Of a DNA stretch of 64,000 nt, positions 47,453 to 57,874 are shown piece by piece; position 1 is the stretch's first letter; every line of letters starts with the position of its first letter. Source of the DNA: an uncultured Candidatus Saccharibacteria bacterium (GTDB lineage: Bacteria > Patescibacteriota > Saccharimonadia > CAILAD01 > JADZBC01); the NCBI GenBank assembly GCA_964600985.1, contig CAZRJR010000001.1, forward strand, positions 235,534-299,533, written 5' to 3'. The position numbers and the translations under genes were made by a program. Below the pieces are notes generated by a model that was not told where the DNA came from, searched no databases, and saw nothing but the letters and a program-made list of their open reading frames with translations.

Positions 47453-47582
47453 ACATCTATCATAACAAAAGTCCCACTCGCATTTCGAGCGGGACTTTTG
47501 ACTTGTAGATTACATCTAATATAAGTGCCTGGCTGAGCATATGGGTCTAGTACCATTTATTTGATGCACTGCGATATATTTT

Positions 47583-48311
47583 TCAGTCGAAAGAAAAATA
47601 CGGATTATCAAGTTCAAATTCTAGTTCTACACCGCGAATAATCATGACCCGGGAGTGTTTATTAGTGCCATGAATAGATACCAACACTAAGATCTCACCA
47701 GGCTTTAATTTGTTCATGATTCTATGGCTAGCATAGAACTGAGCTATCTGAGTCGGAGGTGCGTCAACTACGAAATAGTAAACTTTAATATAGCCTGACT
47801 TATCATTTGTATTGTAATCCTGGTATTTTGAATGCTGTTCACGCTTTGTTTCGTAGAGTTTAGAGATTTTTACTGAGAGGTTGGTATTTTCACTAACTAT
47901 AAGAGTTCCATTTTCAGTTTTTCTTATCCAGACCTTCTCATCTGGAAACGATTTATTAAGATTAGTACCCTTCTTTACGTTTAAGGTTCTGTTAATTAAT
48001 GCCTTAGTATCATTAATGGTATCAAAACGATAATTAACAAATGCAACTTCTGCGATTCCTTGGTAGTCATGTCCGTTTGCACGAATGCTTATCTCTGCTT
48101 CAGGAGAAGACTCTTCATTTGAGCAGATCCTTGTTAGGAAACCGCTACGGTGAAGCTCAAAAATCGCTTTTATCTCAGCCTTTATATCATCTGGACAAGC
48201 CGTAAATCTACTATGTACAAAATGTTTAAAATCGACATACCCCTTAGTTGCGGCCAACGCCTCCAGCATCTCACAATAGGGGCTAGGTAGTAACTTATTT
48301 GGATTAGTCAT
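47583..48311 (-). CDS. AT-rich orphan protein
   Basis: 242-aa ORF with low GC next to tRNA-Gln. Confidence 0.6.
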   Translation of the reverse strand: MTNPNKLLPSPYCEMLEALAATKGYVDFKHFVHSRFTACPDDIKAEIKAIFELHRSGFLTRICSNEESSPEAEISIRANGHDYQGIAEVAFVNYRFDTINDTKALINRTLNVKKGTNLNKSFPDEKVWIRKTENGTLIVSENTNLSVKISKLYETKREQHSKYQDYNTNDKSGYIKVYYFVVDAPPTQIAQFYASHRIMNKLKPGEILVLVSIHGTNKHSRVMIIRGVELEFELDNPYFSFD

Positions 48312-48376
48312 TTAGGCTGGTTTCCATACGCCACATTAGAAATAGGGACATGAGTCAGAAATTCTAGTATCGCGTC

Positions 48377-48451
48377 TGGCTGGGGCGGAGGGATTCGAAC
48401 CCCCGAATGGCGGCACCAAAAGCCGCTGCCTTACCACTTGGCGACGCCCCA
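48377..48451 (-). tRNA. tRNA-Gln(TTG)
   Basis: Canonical cloverleaf TGGGGCG...GCGGC-TTTTGGT-GCCGC...GGTTCGAATCC...CGCCCCA-G-CCA. Confidence 0.97.
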
Positions 48452-48563
48452 GTATCGAACTAAATAACAACCACAATCGTAGCTGAATTTGAGCGGTTTT
48501 TCAACCTGTAGATCTGCGCGAATGCATTCATAGTATGCTGCTTATGCTAAAATCCTAAGTATT

Positions 48564-49790
48564 ATGCCACAGTCTAAAACACTCAAAAGAAGTCTTGGCT
48601 TACCAATCGTCGCACTATATGGCTTGGGCAATATTCTCGGGGCTGGCATATATGTGCTGGTTGGTAAGGTTGCTGGCGAGGCAGGGCATAGTACCGTATT
48701 TGCCTTCTTGGTGGCTATGGTGATAGCGGGCTTAACCGCATTCTCGTATATGGAGCTCTCAGGCCGCTATCCGGCGAGCGCAAGCGTATCGGTCTACTTG
48801 CATAAAGCCTTTGGCAAAAAGTGGCTCTCAGTTGGAATAGGGCTGGCCATGGTGGCTGCGGGCATAACCTCGGCAGCTACGCTATCTAAGGGCTTTGCAG
48901 GCTACTTAAGCTCGCTTGTAGCGGTTCCAGAACTACTTGCCGGTATAGGTTTGCTTATAGTTCTTGGACTGGTAGCAGCAAAGGGAATAGGGGAGTCGGC
49001 TGCCTTGGCCGGAGTGTTTACAATTGTAGAGATAACTGGCTTAGCTTTAGTGATCTATGCGGGTCGTAGCTCGCTTGGCAGCATTGATGCGGCTAAGCTG
49101 CTATCCATAGACCCAGCGGTCGGTATAAGCGGGCTAATTGGCGGGGCTTTTCTGGCTTTTTACGCTTTTATTGGCTTCGAAGATATGGTTAACATTGCCG
49201 AAGAAACAAAGCGGCCCGAGCGCACTATGCCACTCGCAATACTTATATCGCTCTTGGTATCGACGGCACTTTACCTGATGGTTGCAGCTGTGGCCATAAC
49301 CGCAGTGCCACCGGCCGAATTGGCAAGTAGTAAGGCGCCGCTCTCGCTCGTATATGCGCGCGAGACTGGGGGAAGTGCTTTGTTTCTGACGATAATAGGT
49401 ATATCGGCTGCTATAAATGGGGTGATAGTGCAGATAATTATGGGTTCGCGAATACTGTACGGACTGTCGCGCCAGGGCTGGATCGATAAGCATCTAGCGG
49501 CCGTGAATAAGGAGACTGAAACGCCGCTGATCGCAACGCTGGTTGTGGTAGGCCTTATGATCGCAGCTTCTGCTTTTCTGCCACTCGTTTCATTGGCGCG
49601 GTTAACCAGCCTGATAGTATTGGCCATTTTCGCCTTGGTAAACATTTCGCTGATCATCATTAAGCGGCGGGGGGATAAACACAATGGGGCAATATCCACT
49701 CCGATAGTGATCCCGTATTTGGGAGCTGCAAGTTGCGTGCTGATCATTCTTTACGAACTCAGAAACATGCTTTTGGCTGGTGTGAGCTAG
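48564..49790 (+). CDS. APC-family amino acid permease
   Basis: GNILGAGIY, FYAFIGFED...AEE.K.P. Confidence 0.93.
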   Translation: MPQSKTLKRSLGLPIVALYGLGNILGAGIYVLVGKVAGEAGHSTVFAFLVAMVIAGLTAFSYMELSGRYPASASVSVYLHKAFGKKWLSVGIGLAMVAAGITSAATLSKGFAGYLSSLVAVPELLAGIGLLIVLGLVAAKGIGESAALAGVFTIVEITGLALVIYAGRSSLGSIDAAKLLSIDPAVGISGLIGGAFLAFYAFIGFEDMVNIAEETKRPERTMPLAILISLLVSTALYLMVAAVAITAVPPAELASSKAPLSLVYARETGGSALFLTIIGISAAINGVIVQIIMGSRILYGLSRQGWIDKHLAAVNKETETPLIATLVVVGLMIAASAFLPLVSLARLTSLIVLAIFALVNISLIIIKRRGDKHNGAISTPIVIPYLGAASCVLIILYELRNMLLAGVS

Positions 49791-49833
49791 GGGATCGTAC
49801 CTTCGAGGTGCTAAATAAGGTATAATACCAAGT

Positions 49834-50550
49834 ATGCAGAAAAAAAGATTAGCATTCGATATAGAAATGGTAGGCGAGGATTGGGATAAGCTTGATCCGT
49901 TGACGCAAAAGGACCTCATGAAGAGCCTGCCCAACAAGGAGCTAGAGCCAGTTGCTTACGAGCGCGAATTTGCCGAGCTCAAGCGCAAGCTGGTATTCTC
50001 GCCACTTACCGGCAAGATCATTGCCATTGGAGTCTATGATCCAGCCGAAGACAAGGGCGCGGTCTACTACGACGCTGGCCAAAAGCAGCCTGACGACCAA
50101 GAGGAAGACAATATAAAGTATGTTGCCATGACCGAGGCTGAAATGCTAACTAAGTTCTGGGCACTAGCCGAGATTACCGACGAATTCATAAGCTTTTTTG
50201 GTCGCCGCAGCGATGCGCCCTATATGGCGATTCGTTCGGCCATTCACGGCATTCGACCAAGTAAGGATTTAGTAAGTAATCGCTACAATTCATCGCATCA
50301 ACCAGGCGCGGTTCATTATGACCTCGCGGACCTATTGAGCTTTTATGGTAGTGCTATGTACAAGGGTAGTTTGCATCGCTGGTGCAGGGCGTTTAACATC
50401 ACGAGCCCTAAAGAAGCCGGCATGGATGGCGCCGATGTGGGCCAAGCTTACGCCGATGGTAAATACCTCGAAATAGCTCGCTATAATATGGAGGACGTCA
50501 AAGCCACGGCCAAGTTATTCGACTACTGGGATCGATATTTAAGAACATAA
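49834..50550 (+). CDS. RNase H-like 3'-5' exonuclease (PolB-type exonuclease domain)
   Basis: FDIE, HYDL, YNMEDV motifs. Confidence 0.8.
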   Translation: MQKKRLAFDIEMVGEDWDKLDPLTQKDLMKSLPNKELEPVAYEREFAELKRKLVFSPLTGKIIAIGVYDPAEDKGAVYYDAGQKQPDDQEEDNIKYVAMTEAEMLTKFWALAEITDEFISFFGRRSDAPYMAIRSAIHGIRPSKDLVSNRYNSSHQPGAVHYDLADLLSFYGSAMYKGSLHRWCRAFNITSPKEAGMDGADVGQAYADGKYLEIARYNMEDVKATAKLFDYWDRYLRT

Positions 50551-50568
50551 TTAACAACGGGAGGCAGT

Positions 50569-51033
50569 ATGCTAAAAGTTGGAGACAAGGTACCAAGCTA
50601 TAAGCTGCAAGATCAGGATGGGAACGAACACACCGAAGCGGAGCTAAAGGGTAAAACAACCTTGATTTACTTTTACCCAAAAGACAATACGCCAGGCTGT
50701 ACGGCCCAGGCGTGCCAATTGCGCGATAATCTTGAAGATCTAAACAAAGACGGCATAGAAGTAATTGGTGTAAGCGCCGATAGTGTAAAGAGCCACCGTG
50801 GTTTTGCCGACAAGTTTAAGTTGCCATTTACTATTCTGGCTGACCCAGATAAGCAAATGATCCAGACGTTTGGCGCTTGGGCAGAGAAGAGTATGTTTGG
50901 CAAGAAGTACATGGGGATTACCCGCTCCAGCTTCCTGATTGGACCCGATGCTCGTGTGCTAGCTGTATGGCCCAAGGTTAAGCCATTGCACCAGGTAGAA
51001 GACGTACGCGAGTTCTTAGCTGCTCAAAAGTAG
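50569..51033 (+). CDS. bcp: Thioredoxin-dependent peroxiredoxin BCP
   Basis: YFYPKDNTPGCTAQAC. Confidence 0.95.
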   Translation: MLKVGDKVPSYKLQDQDGNEHTEAELKGKTTLIYFYPKDNTPGCTAQACQLRDNLEDLNKDGIEVIGVSADSVKSHRGFADKFKLPFTILADPDKQMIQTFGAWAEKSMFGKKYMGITRSSFLIGPDARVLAVWPKVKPLHQVEDVREFLAAQK

Positions 51034-51036
51034 TCT

Positions 51037-51522
51037 ATGGGTTGGCTCCTGCTACTTGGGTTGGTGGTGGTAAGCGGCTTTCTGTACGCCGTATTCTTCG
51101 GTGCTCCCTACGTACCAGCCTTTCAACAAGATATTGATGAACTTTTAGAAATGGCTAGGGTAGGGAAGGGCGCTTACTTTGTAGACCTAGGTAGCGGCGA
51201 TGGCAAAGTGCTGCTGGCCGCAGCCAAACGTGGTGCCCAGGTAGAGGGCTATGAGATTAACCCTGTCTTGTGGCTGGTGAGTAAGTGGCGATTACGTAGG
51301 TTCAGGAGCCAAGCCAAGTTGCACCTAGGCTCCATGTGGCGAGCGAATGTAGGTAGTGCCGACGTCGTGTTTTTATACCTCCACACCAACTGGATGCACA
51401 AAATGGCAACCAAACTAAAGGCTGAGCTCAAGCCTGGTGCTATGGCGGTGTCCTATGTATTTAACTTTGGTGGCCTCAAGCCCATGCAGACTACTCGCAA
51501 TGCCTATATATATAAGTTTTAG
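51037..51522 (+). CDS. Membrane-anchored class I SAM methyltransferase
   Basis: GAPYVP, DLGSGDG, GYEINP. Confidence 0.9.
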   Translation: MGWLLLLGLVVVSGFLYAVFFGAPYVPAFQQDIDELLEMARVGKGAYFVDLGSGDGKVLLAAAKRGAQVEGYEINPVLWLVSKWRLRRFRSQAKLHLGSMWRANVGSADVVFLYLHTNWMHKMATKLKAELKPGAMAVSYVFNFGGLKPMQTTRNAYIYKF

Positions 51523-51587
51523 CATGCAGTATATCTTTGACCGCGAGGCGGAAAATTCGTACAATAGAACTATAGTAAAGGAGGCGT

Positions 51588-52190
51588 ATGACCTACGTAT
51601 TTCAACCCCGAGAACCTCAGCCGCTTAAGTATAAGAGTGTAGAAGGTCTCAGCGAAAAACAGCTAGCGGAGCACCACGACGTGCTTTATGCTGGTTATGT
51701 AAAGAAGTATAACGAGATCATGGAGAAGCTGGGAAGCGTGGACCTGAGTGGTACCAATGCCACCTATTCAGAGCTACGGGAGCTGATGGTGGAGAAGTCA
51801 TTTGCTCTCAATGGACTCAAGTTACACGAACTCTACTTTGCCAACCTAACTGATAAACCAGCACCAATCGAGGGTAAGATTAAAGACCTACTCACTAAAC
51901 AGTGGGGGAGTTTCGAAGCCTGGCAGGACCAATTTGCCGCACTCGGCATCGCGTCACGCGGCTGGGTCGTACTAGCTTACGACTATGCACTTGGGCGATT
52001 TGACAACTACGTGCTCGATGCTCATAACCAAGGCAGTATAGTAGATACTGAAATCGCCCTGGTCATGGACGTGTATGAGCACGCGTACTTCCTCGATTAC
52101 GGTACCGCGCGTAAGGAATACATAGTGAGCTTTATGGCGGCGATTGACTGGGCCGAGGTCAACAAACGCGTAGCTCATCACGAAGTATAG
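51588..52190 (+). CDS. Fe/Mn superoxide dismutase
   Basis: HHDVLYAGY, LHELYF, DVYEHAY. Confidence 0.93.
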   Translation: MTYVFQPREPQPLKYKSVEGLSEKQLAEHHDVLYAGYVKKYNEIMEKLGSVDLSGTNATYSELRELMVEKSFALNGLKLHELYFANLTDKPAPIEGKIKDLLTKQWGSFEAWQDQFAALGIASRGWVVLAYDYALGRFDNYVLDAHNQGSIVDTEIALVMDVYEHAYFLDYGTARKEYIVSFMAAIDWAEVNKRVAHHEV

Positions 52191-52209
52191 ATAACCCAAA
52201 GGAGAATAT

Positions 52210-52731
52210 ATGTTAAAGCTTAATCAACCAGCACCAGAGTTTACTCAGCCAGCCTACGTAGCGGGCAAGGATTTTAGCGAGGTTAGCTTAAAGGACTACA
52301 AGGGTAAATGGGTGGTATTGTTCTTTTACCCACGTGATTTTACTTTTGTGTGTCCAACTGAGATCCGGGGTTTTGCAAAAGCAGAGGATGAGTTCGCTAA
52401 AATCGACGCCGTAATCTTAGCAGCTTCGACCGATAGCGTGTACTCACACAAGGCATGGTTCGAGCAAGACCTTAAAGAAGTTAAATTTCCAGTACTCGCC
52501 GACACTGCACACACACTAGCTCGCGACTATGAGGTGCTTAATGAGTCCGATGGTACGGCTGAGCGCGGTACGTTCATCATTGACCCAGAAGGTAACCTGC
52601 GCTACGTAGTTATATCAGATGGCAATGTAGGTCGTAGTGTAGAAGAAACCTTGCGCGTTGTTAAGGCACTCCAGACCGGCGGACTCTGCCCAGTAGACTG
52701 GGAGCCCGGCCAAGATACGTTAAAAGGTTAG
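52210..52731 (+). CDS. ahpC: 2-Cys peroxiredoxin AhpC
   Basis: FYPRDFTFVCPTE, LCP..W. Confidence 0.94.
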   Translation: MLKLNQPAPEFTQPAYVAGKDFSEVSLKDYKGKWVVLFFYPRDFTFVCPTEIRGFAKAEDEFAKIDAVILAASTDSVYSHKAWFEQDLKEVKFPVLADTAHTLARDYEVLNESDGTAERGTFIIDPEGNLRYVVISDGNVGRSVEETLRVVKALQTGGLCPVDWEPGQDTLKG

Positions 52732-52740
52732 GAGATATTC

Positions 52741-53454
52741 ATGCCACCACTTGACCCCTCCATGCCAGACATGCCCACGCCAACTATGCCAGTCGAACAA
52801 CCGACTGGTGGTGGAAAGCACGGTGAAGAGCTCAAGAAATTCCAGATCATCGCCCTCGTACTCGGAGTGTTGGCTTTGTTATTCTTCGTTACAACTTTAG
52901 TGTACGCATCTCAAGCCTCTAAGCAAGCTGCGGCCAATGCTAGTAAGTATGCCGAAGGCCAAGAGGCAGGTAAGAAGGAACAGAAAGAAGCTGATACCTT
53001 GGCTTATAACAAGGAAGTTACCAGCAGTACCCGTACCTATACCGCGCCAGTTGTAAACGGAAGCTTCGAAATGAGCTACCCAAAGGCGTGGAGTTTATCG
53101 GTGGACTCCGATAGCTCGTACCCGGTCAATGGGTTTATTAACCCCGGCTTTGTAACGGTTACATCTCCTGAGCAGGCACTGCGCTTTACGCTCATCAATC
53201 AGCCATACGACAGTATCAAGAAGCGCTACGATGATAACGCTCGCAATAGCAAGGCTAAAAGTAAGGAAGTGACTGTGTCTGGCATAAAAGGCGTGCAGTA
53301 TACGGGCAACATCAACGACAAGAGCAAGACTGCGGTTGGTACGGTTACTATTGTGCCGCTACGCGATAAGACTATGCTGATGCAAACCGACAATAACAAG
53401 CTCTACCTAGACACCTACCAGCAGATGTTGGATACCGCCAAGCTTATTCAGTAG
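52741..53454 (+). CDS. Membrane-anchored protein with PsbP-like domain
   Basis: TM segment, SYPKAW, VSGIKG pattern. Confidence 0.6.
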   Translation: MPPLDPSMPDMPTPTMPVEQPTGGGKHGEELKKFQIIALVLGVLALLFFVTTLVYASQASKQAAANASKYAEGQEAGKKEQKEADTLAYNKEVTSSTRTYTAPVVNGSFEMSYPKAWSLSVDSDSSYPVNGFINPGFVTVTSPEQALRFTLINQPYDSIKKRYDDNARNSKAKSKEVTVSGIKGVQYTGNINDKSKTAVGTVTIVPLRDKTMLMQTDNNKLYLDTYQQMLDTAKLIQ

Positions 53455-53524
53455 CTTTGTGCTGGCAAATTGAATACTGCTAATTCTGCTTATGCTTGCG
53501 ATGGGTTCTAAAACCACGTAGCGT

Positions 53525-54247
53525 ATGGGTATGACACGAAGGGTGAGTACTCAGGCTTTTGGCTCGACTGCCTCGCAGGCGGTGTATTTACACTGGCTCT
53601 CGCACTACTTGCAAAGTCCACTCACGGCGCTTACGGGCTATATAGAGATGATTGGTGATCGTACGTTTACGGGTAAGCAAACCGAGATGGTCGCCCAAGC
53701 GCGAGCGGGTGCGCAGCGCGCTCAGCAGGTACTTAATAGTATTGTGGCGCTCCATAGGCAGTTAGAACGAGGTAGTACAAACGACGAAGTTGTCTCGATC
53801 GATAGCTTGCTTAACCGTGTTGCTAGAGTGCTTAATGTAGAGTTTGCTGTGGAGCGCACACGGAGCTTACCGAGTGTATGTCTCGGCGAGGAAACGGCCT
53901 TCGATGGGATCTGCTTGCTTCTCGACGCCCTGCGCTTAGAGCTGGGTAGTAGAAAGTTTCACGTTACGTATAGACAAAGGAGTTCGGAGCTGGTAATACA
54001 TATTGGGATTAAAAAGCGCAAGCAAATGCTAGCCGACATACTAAAAGCCCTTAGTTTGTTGCCTACAGACCACTATCCACTCATTCCCGGTGAGTACATT
54101 GGATTGGCCACAGGTGTGGTATTGTTACGTGCTTCTGGTTGTGCCATGGTAGTCCGGCCCGCTTCTGCACGTTGTATCGATATGTATTTGCATGTACGGC
54201 TGCTTAGGCAGCTCAGCCTGGTTGATATCACTCCTGATCTCGGTTAA
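53525..54247 (+). CDS. Degenerate histidine kinase-like protein
   Basis: H-box-like SHYLQSPLTALTGY; no clear N/G1/G2 boxes. Confidence 0.6.
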   Translation: MGMTRRVSTQAFGSTASQAVYLHWLSHYLQSPLTALTGYIEMIGDRTFTGKQTEMVAQARAGAQRAQQVLNSIVALHRQLERGSTNDEVVSIDSLLNRVARVLNVEFAVERTRSLPSVCLGEETAFDGICLLLDALRLELGSRKFHVTYRQRSSELVIHIGIKKRKQMLADILKALSLLPTDHYPLIPGEYIGLATGVVLLRASGCAMVVRPASARCIDMYLHVRLLRQLSLVDITPDLG

Positions 54248-54259
54248 GCTAAAGATAAA

Positions 54260-54679
54260 ATGACTCAATCTAGCCCCATGCATCCACAGCCTAGTCCTAA
54301 GCAAAAAACCATCCTGATAGTCGAGGACGATGAGTTATTAGCACACATGTATCAGCTGAAGCTAGAGTACGCCGGTTACAGTGTAATCTTGGCCCATACG
54401 GCCGCCGAGGCTCAGCAAATTATCCGCAAGCAGCCGCTAGATTTAATAATTCTCGATATATTGTTGCCGAGGGTGAATGGCTTAGTAGTACTCAAGGATA
54501 TTCGCAAGGACGTACGCACCATGCACTGCCCAGTTATTGTGCTAACTAATCTCAGTAATACCGAGGTAGATATGCACGACGACGTGGCAGATGCGCTCGG
54601 GGTGGTGGCATACCTAGTGAAGTCGAAGGTAACTCCTGCTCAGGTGCTCAAGGCAGTAGCTGCGGCACTCAAGGATTAG
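54260..54679 (+). CDS. Single-domain response regulator
   Basis: ILIVEDD, LDILLP..NG, YLVK. Confidence 0.92.
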   Translation: MTQSSPMHPQPSPKQKTILIVEDDELLAHMYQLKLEYAGYSVILAHTAAEAQQIIRKQPLDLIILDILLPRVNGLVVLKDIRKDVRTMHCPVIVLTNLSNTEVDMHDDVADALGVVAYLVKSKVTPAQVLKAVAAALKD

Positions 54680-54682
54680 CTC

Positions 54683-55396
54683 ATGACAGCTCGACAGTAC
54701 AAGACTCAAGCGATTTTATTGCGGCGTCATAACTTGGGTGAAGCCGATAGAATCCTTACCTTGCTAAGCCCAGAATTAGGGAAGATTCGGGTTGTGGCTA
54801 AAGGTGTACGCCGAGGGCGCAGTAAGTTAGCGGGGCACTTGGAGCCTTTTGTGGTGACGAACTTACATGTAGCTAAAGGACGTAATCTAGATATCGTTAC
54901 CTCGGCACAGGGAGGGCGCTACTTTACACTGGCTTCTTCGCAACTTGAGAGGCTTGGACTTGCGCATTTACTCCTAGAAATATGCGACAAACTACTCGTG
55001 GAGCACCAGCCTCAGCCGGTGGCGTTTGCGTTACTCATAGAAGTGCTCGAAGCTATAGAGGTTGGGGTAGAAGTATCTTTGGCGCGCCATTACTTTTATG
55101 TTAAGCTCCTAGATTCATTAGGGCACCGGCCTGAAATCAATGCAGATCTTAGTGGGCAGGAGTACTATTTGCTACTACAGTCTGGTTCATTGGCTGTGTC
55201 TCGACCGGCAGAGGAGTCGGTGGTACTACCGGAGGATGTCGTAAAGCTATGGCGACTTATCTTTGCTAACTCGCTTGCGCAAGTGGCACGTGTCTCTACA
55301 GCTGTCGTTTTGGCCCAATCGGCCCAAGCAAGTGTGGAGCGGTTTTATGACTACCAGTTTGGTGTGCGCTTTTATTCAGAAACCATACTCGGCTGA
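54683..55396 (+). CDS. recO: DNA repair protein RecO
   Basis: GEADRIL, GKIRVVAKGVR..SKLAGHLE. Confidence 0.93.
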   Translation: MTARQYKTQAILLRRHNLGEADRILTLLSPELGKIRVVAKGVRRGRSKLAGHLEPFVVTNLHVAKGRNLDIVTSAQGGRYFTLASSQLERLGLAHLLLEICDKLLVEHQPQPVAFALLIEVLEAIEVGVEVSLARHYFYVKLLDSLGHRPEINADLSGQEYYLLLQSGSLAVSRPAEESVVLPEDVVKLWRLIFANSLAQVARVSTAVVLAQSAQASVERFYDYQFGVRFYSETILG

Positions 55397-55434
55397 GATT
55401 CACGTATGGCCGCCTTTAGGCTATAATATTACAC

Positions 55435-56799
55435 ATGAGTGAGAGCAAAAAGCCAAGTTTGACCATGGAGGAGCTGGTTAGTTATGCCAAGCGCCGTGGC
55501 TTTGTGTTCCAGGCCAGTGAGATCTACGGGGGCTTAGCTGGATTCTGGGATTGGGGCCCTTATGGTGTTGAGCTCAGCCGTAATCTTAAAGAAGCATGGT
55601 GGAAGGCCTTTGTCTTTAAGCGACCTAATGTTGTCGGTCTCGATACGGCTATCATACAGAATCCTAAGCTTTGGAAAACCAGCGGTCACATCGATACCTT
55701 TGTCGACCCATTGGTCGATTGTAAACATTGTAAACACCGTTTTCGGGCTGACCAATTGACAGATTTTGAGACCAAGGATCTCAGTGAGTACGACACAGCT
55801 TTGGTGGCGATTGCTTGTCCGAACTGTCAATCGAAAGGCGAGTGGACTTCTGCACGTCAGTTCAACATGATGTTCAAGACATACGTAGGTCCGCTTGAAG
55901 TTGATGCTGCCGTAGCGTATTTACGACCTGAAACAGCGGGGGGCATTTTCGCTCAGTTCGCTAACGTGGTGGAAACGAGCCGCCAGAAGATTCCTTTTGG
56001 GATAGCACAGATTGGAAAAGGGTTTCGAAATGAGATTACGCCTGGCGATTTTATATTTCGCGTAAGAGAGTTTGACATGCTTGAGCTTGAGTATTTTGTC
56101 GAGCCAGAGCAGGGATCGAACGAGCATAAAGAATGGTTGGCATTCTGTCAGCAGTGGTTGATGGGATTGGGCATACCTGAATCTAGGCTAAGGCTATATG
56201 AACATAATGAAAATGAACGGGCTCATTATGCAGCAGCGAGTACGGATATCCAGTTTGAGTTCCCAATGGGCTTTAAGGAGCTATATGGAGTGGCGTACCG
56301 GACCGACTTTGACCTTAAGCAGCAATCACAGGGCAGCGGGAAAGATCTCAGTTATTTTGATGACGCTAGGGGAGAGCGCTATTTTCCTCATGTCGTTGAG
56401 CCTGCTATCGGCGTAGGGCGGTTGGCTCTCGCAGTACTACTCAGCGCCTACGATGAAGAAGAAGTAAATGGCGAAAAGAGAGTAGTGCTCAGATTGCACA
56501 AAGACCTTGCTCCGATAAAGGTAGCAATTTTGCCGCTCAGCAAGAAGCCTGAGTTAAGCGGTCTGGCCAAACAGGTCTTCAGTCAGATTAGCGGTGATTA
56601 TCGTATAGAATACGACGAAACCCAGTCGATTGGTCGCAGGTACCGTCGTCAGGACGAGATTGGCACACCATACTGCGTCACGGTGGACTTCGATAGCCTA
56701 GAAGACAAAGCCGTTACGGTGCGTGATCGTGACACAATGGTACAAGAGCGTATTGCAATCGCAGATCTGCCTGACTATTTGAAAGAAAAGCTAAGCTAG
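55435..56799 (+). CDS. glyQS: Glycine-tRNA ligase (alpha2 type)
   Basis: YLRPETA, FRNEITP..F.FR.REF, IGRRYRRQDEIGTP. Confidence 0.97.
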   Translation: MSESKKPSLTMEELVSYAKRRGFVFQASEIYGGLAGFWDWGPYGVELSRNLKEAWWKAFVFKRPNVVGLDTAIIQNPKLWKTSGHIDTFVDPLVDCKHCKHRFRADQLTDFETKDLSEYDTALVAIACPNCQSKGEWTSARQFNMMFKTYVGPLEVDAAVAYLRPETAGGIFAQFANVVETSRQKIPFGIAQIGKGFRNEITPGDFIFRVREFDMLELEYFVEPEQGSNEHKEWLAFCQQWLMGLGIPESRLRLYEHNENERAHYAAASTDIQFEFPMGFKELYGVAYRTDFDLKQQSQGSGKDLSYFDDARGERYFPHVVEPAIGVGRLALAVLLSAYDEEEVNGEKRVVLRLHKDLAPIKVAILPLSKKPELSGLAKQVFSQISGDYRIEYDETQSIGRRYRRQDEIGTPYCVTVDFDSLEDKAVTVRDRDTMVQERIAIADLPDYLKEKLS

Positions 56800-56801
56800 G
56801 C

Positions 56802-57800
56802 ATGGCCGAGGATTCTCGCAGCACCAAGCGAGTCGTTCTTATCGGTGGCGGAACAGGTAGCTTCACACTCCTTACTGGTCTTAAGCGGCACTTCTCGGAC
56901 ATTACGGCGATTGTGAATATGAGCGATGATGGCGGTTCTACGGGCGTGCTTCGTGATGAGCTTGGCGTACTGCCACCGGGAGATATTCGCCAGTGCCTCG
57001 TGGCCCTTAGTAGGGATCAGGGTACCATGCGAGACTTGTTTAATTATCGGTTCGACAGCGGCGGTTTGCACGGGCATTCATTTGGCAACTTGTTCTTAAG
57101 TGCTCTCGAGAAGATCACAGGCAGTTTCTCCGAAGCAGTCGATCATGCCTCAAAGGTCCTTAACATTGAGGGGCGGGTTTTGCCGGTCACGCTGACCAAT
57201 AGCAATCTTGTGCTAACGCGACCAGATGGTACGAAGATAGAAGGCGAATATGCTGTCGCAAACCACAAGTTATCGCCCGGCGAGAGGCCACACCTTGAGC
57301 TTGCGCCGCGCTCAGTCATAAACCCGTTGGCGGCAGAGGCTATAGTTGCCGCGGATATTATCGTAATCGCCCCTGGGCACTTGTACGGTAGCATTGCGCC
57401 AGCCTTGTTGGTGGATGGAATGCAGCAGGCTTTTGAGGGTTCAAAAGCCAACATAATGTACGTGTGTAACTTGGTTACAAAGCCGGGGCAAACTGATGGG
57501 TTCATGGTGCACGATTACGCCAGTGAGATTGAGCGGTTTATTGGTGTAGAGTGCTTGGACGTGGTGTTGTACAGCAACGAACAACCGAGCGCAGAGGCTT
57601 TGCGTAAATACACTGCTGAAGGCGAACATTGGGTGGGGCACGATGTAGAGGTTTTAAAAGGCATGCATTACAAAGCGATTGGAGCAGACTTGCTCTCAAG
57701 CAAGGACGTAGTGCAGAAAGCATCGGATAAGCTGATAAAGCGAAACTTAATCCGTCATGATGGGGGCAAGATCGCAGGGTTGATTTCCTCCCTCGTATAA
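56802..57800 (+). CDS. YvcK/CofD-like (UPF0052) protein
   Basis: IGGGTG, DDGGSTG.LR, PPGDIR, GHSFGN. Confidence 0.93.
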   Translation: MAEDSRSTKRVVLIGGGTGSFTLLTGLKRHFSDITAIVNMSDDGGSTGVLRDELGVLPPGDIRQCLVALSRDQGTMRDLFNYRFDSGGLHGHSFGNLFLSALEKITGSFSEAVDHASKVLNIEGRVLPVTLTNSNLVLTRPDGTKIEGEYAVANHKLSPGERPHLELAPRSVINPLAAEAIVAADIIVIAPGHLYGSIAPALLVDGMQQAFEGSKANIMYVCNLVTKPGQTDGFMVHDYASEIERFIGVECLDVVLYSNEQPSAEALRKYTAEGEHWVGHDVEVLKGMHYKAIGADLLSSKDVVQKASDKLIKRNLIRHDGGKIAGLISSLV

Positions 57801-57812
57801 GCAAAACGAATG

Positions 57813-57854
57813 AGAGCCCCGGATGGAGCGTTTAGGCTCTCATCCGGGGCTCTT
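57813..57854. terminator. Hairpin between convergent genes
   Basis: AGAGCCCCGGATG...CATCCGGGGCTCT. Confidence 0.75.
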
Positions 57855-57874
57855 GGTGTTGGGCCCTGTTTGGG

